Of a stretch of DNA of 64,000 nucleotides, positions 61,652 to 64,000 are shown in pieces; the first letter of the stretch is position 1, and the number at the start of each line of letters is the position of its first letter. Source of the stretch: Escherichia phage KK4; the sequence record OR327750.1. The stretch is one strand, 5' to 3'. Both the position numbers and the translations under genes were made by a program. The notes under the pieces were generated by a model that did not search any database, was not told the DNA's origin, and saw only the letters and a program-made list of their open reading frames with translations.

Positions 61652-61867
61652 TTAAGCCTTTTTATCAAGAACAGCATTCAGCTTGTTAGTAATTTTATCC
61701 AGACGCTCATTAAACTCACTAGAAGATAATCCCTTTTCTGGAGAAATTAAACTAATCACGAAAAATATAGCAATAAAAGGAATAAGGAAAATAGCTCCAA
61801 CTGCCATAAACAGAAAGAATGTTACAGTTGTAAGAAAATCAGCTAAACCTTTACGAAATTTATACAT
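61652..61867 (-). CDS. membrane protein (71 aa)
   Basis: two hydrophobic segments. Confidence 0.5.
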   Translation of the reverse strand: MYKFRKGLADFLTTVTFFLFMAVGAIFLIPFIAIFFVISLISPEKGLSSSEFNERLDKITNKLNAVLDKKA

Positions 61868-61982
61868 ATTTTACCCTTAATTAATTAACCAAGCATTGAT
61901 AAGCACTAAACTATATTGGGAATAAAATTCTGGACCAAAATGAAAAATTATATCATTTATAGTATCTATAATGTAATTCAGT

Positions 61983-62453
61983 TTAATCATGTTTCCACAC
62001 CCCATCGGTATTTGACCAAAGTCGCTGATTATCTGATCCTCGCCACAGCTTTTTAGTCGGAAGATTTTTCTCATACTTCCCATCAATAATAACATCAACA
62101 TATTTAAGCATTTCTAGCTGTTTAATATCTTCAAACTTATATCCTGTCCACAACCAAATGCTTTTATTGGGATAAAGATTTTTAATAGTTTGAACCACAG
62201 AGTGAATCACGTCTCTGTTATCAGGATAAAGAGGGTCTCCTCCAGTTATAGTTAATCCTTCTATATAATCATTATTCAAACATTCAATTAATTGTTCCAG
62301 TGTTTCACCAGTGAATGGAACGCCATTTCTAGCATTCCACGTTGATTTATTATAACACCCTTCACATTTATGCAAACAACCTGTAACGAAAAGAACGGTC
62401 CTGCATCCAGGGCCATTCACAAAGCAGCACGGGTATATTCTGTCATAATTCAT
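61983..62453 (-). CDS. nrdG: anaerobic ribonucleotide reductase activase NrdG (radical SAM)
   Basis: 156 aa MNYDRIYPCCFVNGPGCRTVLFVTGCLHKCEGCYN... Confidence 0.92.
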   Translation of the reverse strand: MNYDRIYPCCFVNGPGCRTVLFVTGCLHKCEGCYNKSTWNARNGVPFTGETLEQLIECLNNDYIEGLTITGGDPLYPDNRDVIHSVVQTIKNLYPNKSIWLWTGYKFEDIKQLEMLKYVDVIIDGKYEKNLPTKKLWRGSDNQRLWSNTDGVWKHD

Positions 62454-63282
62454 TTATATATTTCCAATTATAGCCTTCAACACTTTTACGTTCGCCATTT
62501 AAACATTTTAAAATATTTCCTTTGCTAGAAATATTAAAATATTTTGCTGCGTCTGGTATATAATTAAATGTTTTTAAAAGAACACCATCTTTATATGCGC
62601 CAAATAAATTAAGAGTATATTTTTCTCGAAGACGTTGATGTTTCCTTTTCATAACCTCAGGATTTGCATACGCCAACCTCAATGAATTTCTATGTTTTTC
62701 TTTTACTTCAGGTTTTTGCATTGCTAACTTAGTTAGCCTGGAAATTTTATTTCTAACTTCGTCAGTTTTCATTGCATTTGACAAATTTAATAAAGTTTTA
62801 TTTCTAACTTCAGGTTTTTGCATTGCTAACTTAGTTAGTTCTCTATGTCTTTTTCTAAAATCGTCATCCTTCCATATATTTTTCGATAATTTTGACATAG
62901 AGCGGTGAAATAATTCCTTTTCACTGGAATACAATTTAAGAATTTCATCCAATTCATTTGTATTAAATCTATCGGTATTCGAGTTTATCATTCTATGAAA
63001 GGCATAACACATTTTACTATTACTTGTTTTAGCTAAATAGTAATGAGCTAACGCGTGGTCATAATATGACAAATTAACAATATTCCATTTATCTGTTTTA
63101 TATTCAGGAAATATAGATTTGGGAAGCACGTGATGTGCTTCCGTTTTTCCTTTTATTTTAGGATTATTATAATTTTTTGTTATCAAATCAACATATGACA
63201 ATAGTAAATCATTATTTTCTTCAAATATTAAAGATAATTTATCATTCACAAAATCACAGGGATAAAATCTATCATAATTCAT
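62443..63282 (-). CDS. free-standing HNH homing endonuclease (mob-like, possibly mobC-type)
   Basis: 279 aa; HNH core EAHHVLPKS...NIVNLSYYDHALAH; tandem repeat LTKLAMQKPEV; first 13 codons mimic nrdG start. Confidence 0.8.
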   Translation of the reverse strand: MNYDRFYPCDFVNDKLSLIFEENNDLLLSYVDLITKNYNNPKIKGKTEAHHVLPKSIFPEYKTDKWNIVNLSYYDHALAHYYLAKTSNSKMCYAFHRMINSNTDRFNTNELDEILKLYSSEKELFHRSMSKLSKNIWKDDDFRKRHRELTKLAMQKPEVRNKTLLNLSNAMKTDEVRNKISRLTKLAMQKPEVKEKHRNSLRLAYANPEVMKRKHQRLREKYTLNLFGAYKDGVLLKTFNYIPDAAKYFNISSKGNILKCLNGERKSVEGYNWKYINEL

Positions 63283-64000
63283 TGGTGTTTAACCCTATGC
63301 ATGATTTCTTTATTTTTGCCGAGATTAAATCCACGTTCGTTCGGATTTCCCAAATAACCACAAGTTCTTCTTATTGTGTTCATCTTTTTAGGATCAGTTT
63401 CTCCACAAATAGAACAAACAAACCCGTTTTCAGTAGGAGTCATTTCATGGGTACTTCCACACGTAAAACATTTATCTACTGGCATGTTAACACCAAAATA
63501 ATCTAAATGTTGTGCAGCATAATCCCAGACAGCCTCAAGACCTTTTAGGTTATTTTTCATATCAGGAAGTTCAACATAAGAAATGTGACCACCTGTCGCA
63601 ATGAAATGATATGGCGCTTCACGAGAAATTTTTTCAAACGGAGTAATATTTTCTTCTACTGAAACGTGGAAACTATTAGTGTACCAGCCTTTATCGGTAA
63701 CATCTTTTACACTTCCATATTTTTCTGTATCAAGTTTACAGAAGCGATAACAAAGGTTTTCAGCAGGAGTCGAATATAAACTAAAAGCAAATCCAGTTCT
63801 TTCAGTCCACTGTTTAAGATGAGCATTCATTTTAGTTAAAATTTCTTGTCCAATATCACGACCGACAAGAATATTCAATTCGTGAATACCAATGTATCCT
63901 AGGGACACTGAACTTCTACCATTTTTAAATAACTCAATTATATCGTCATCAGGTTTAAGACGAACCCCGAATGCACCTTCTTGGTAAAGAATAGGAGCAA
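63279..64000 (-). CDS. nrdD: anaerobic ribonucleotide reductase NrdD, C-terminal part (gene continues beyond window)
   Basis: frame open to window edge; glycyl-radical motif RTCGYLG near C-terminus; Cys cluster CFTCGS..CSICG. Confidence 0.9.
   Translation of the reverse strand, partial: APILYQEGAFGVRLKPDDDIIELFKNGRSSVSLGYIGIHELNILVGRDIGQEILTKMNAHLKQWTERTGFAFSLYSTPAENLCYRFCKLDTEKYGSVKDVTDKGWYTNSFHVSVEENITPFEKISREAPYHFIATGGHISYVELPDMKNNLKGLEAVWDYAAQHLDYFGVNMPVDKCFTCGSTHEMTPTENGFVCSICGETDPKKMNTIRRTCGYLGNPNERGFNLGKNKEIMHRVKHQ

Noticed and set aside
61877-62101. 74-aa ORF overlapping the nrdG 3' half
   Set aside because: Out-of-frame overlap with the recognised NrdG coding sequence; no SD.
63279-64000. 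Looked for the nrdD group I intron / I-TevII
   Set aside because: The nrdD frame is continuous to the window edge; any intron would lie outside the window.

Overview
This window is a contiguous segment of a T-even (T4-like, Tequatrovirus) coliphage genome, collinear with phage T4 from gene 33/dsbA/rnh to the 3' part of nrdD. The long-tail-fiber late operon (34-35-36-37-38) and holin t lie on the + strand. Almost everything else is early/middle genes on the - strand: asiA, arn, motA, 52, ac, stp, ndd, denB, rIIB, rIIA, 39, dexA, dda, srd-like, modA, modB, soc, 56, dam, 61, sp, dmd, 41, 40, uvsX, 42, imm, 43, regA, 62, 44, 45, rpbA, 46, 47, a-gt, 55, a glutaredoxin, nrdG, an HNH endonuclease and nrdD. 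Gene calls rest on my recall of T4 protein sequences and lengths plus start/stop/SD context read from the sequence; no database search was run. The phage looks T2/T6/RB-type rather than T4 itself: gene 39 is one uninterrupted ORF, gp37 ends in an autoproteolytic chaperone domain and is followed by a glycine-rich gp38 adhesin, a DxD glycosyltransferase sits where T4 has beta-gt, and segA/segF are absent. I found no tRNA, CRISPR, integrase or intron. The best candidate for something undescribed is a divergent two-gene module between dam and primase gene 61: a 186-aa PD-(D/E)xK nuclease-like early gene and an opposite-strand small membrane protein. Other notable points are an HNH homing endonuclease between nrdG and nrdD flanked by a duplicated nrdG 5' end, repeated early-promoter stem-loop cassettes, many CUUCGG hairpins, and at least 12 sub-60-aa genes missed by the ORF track.
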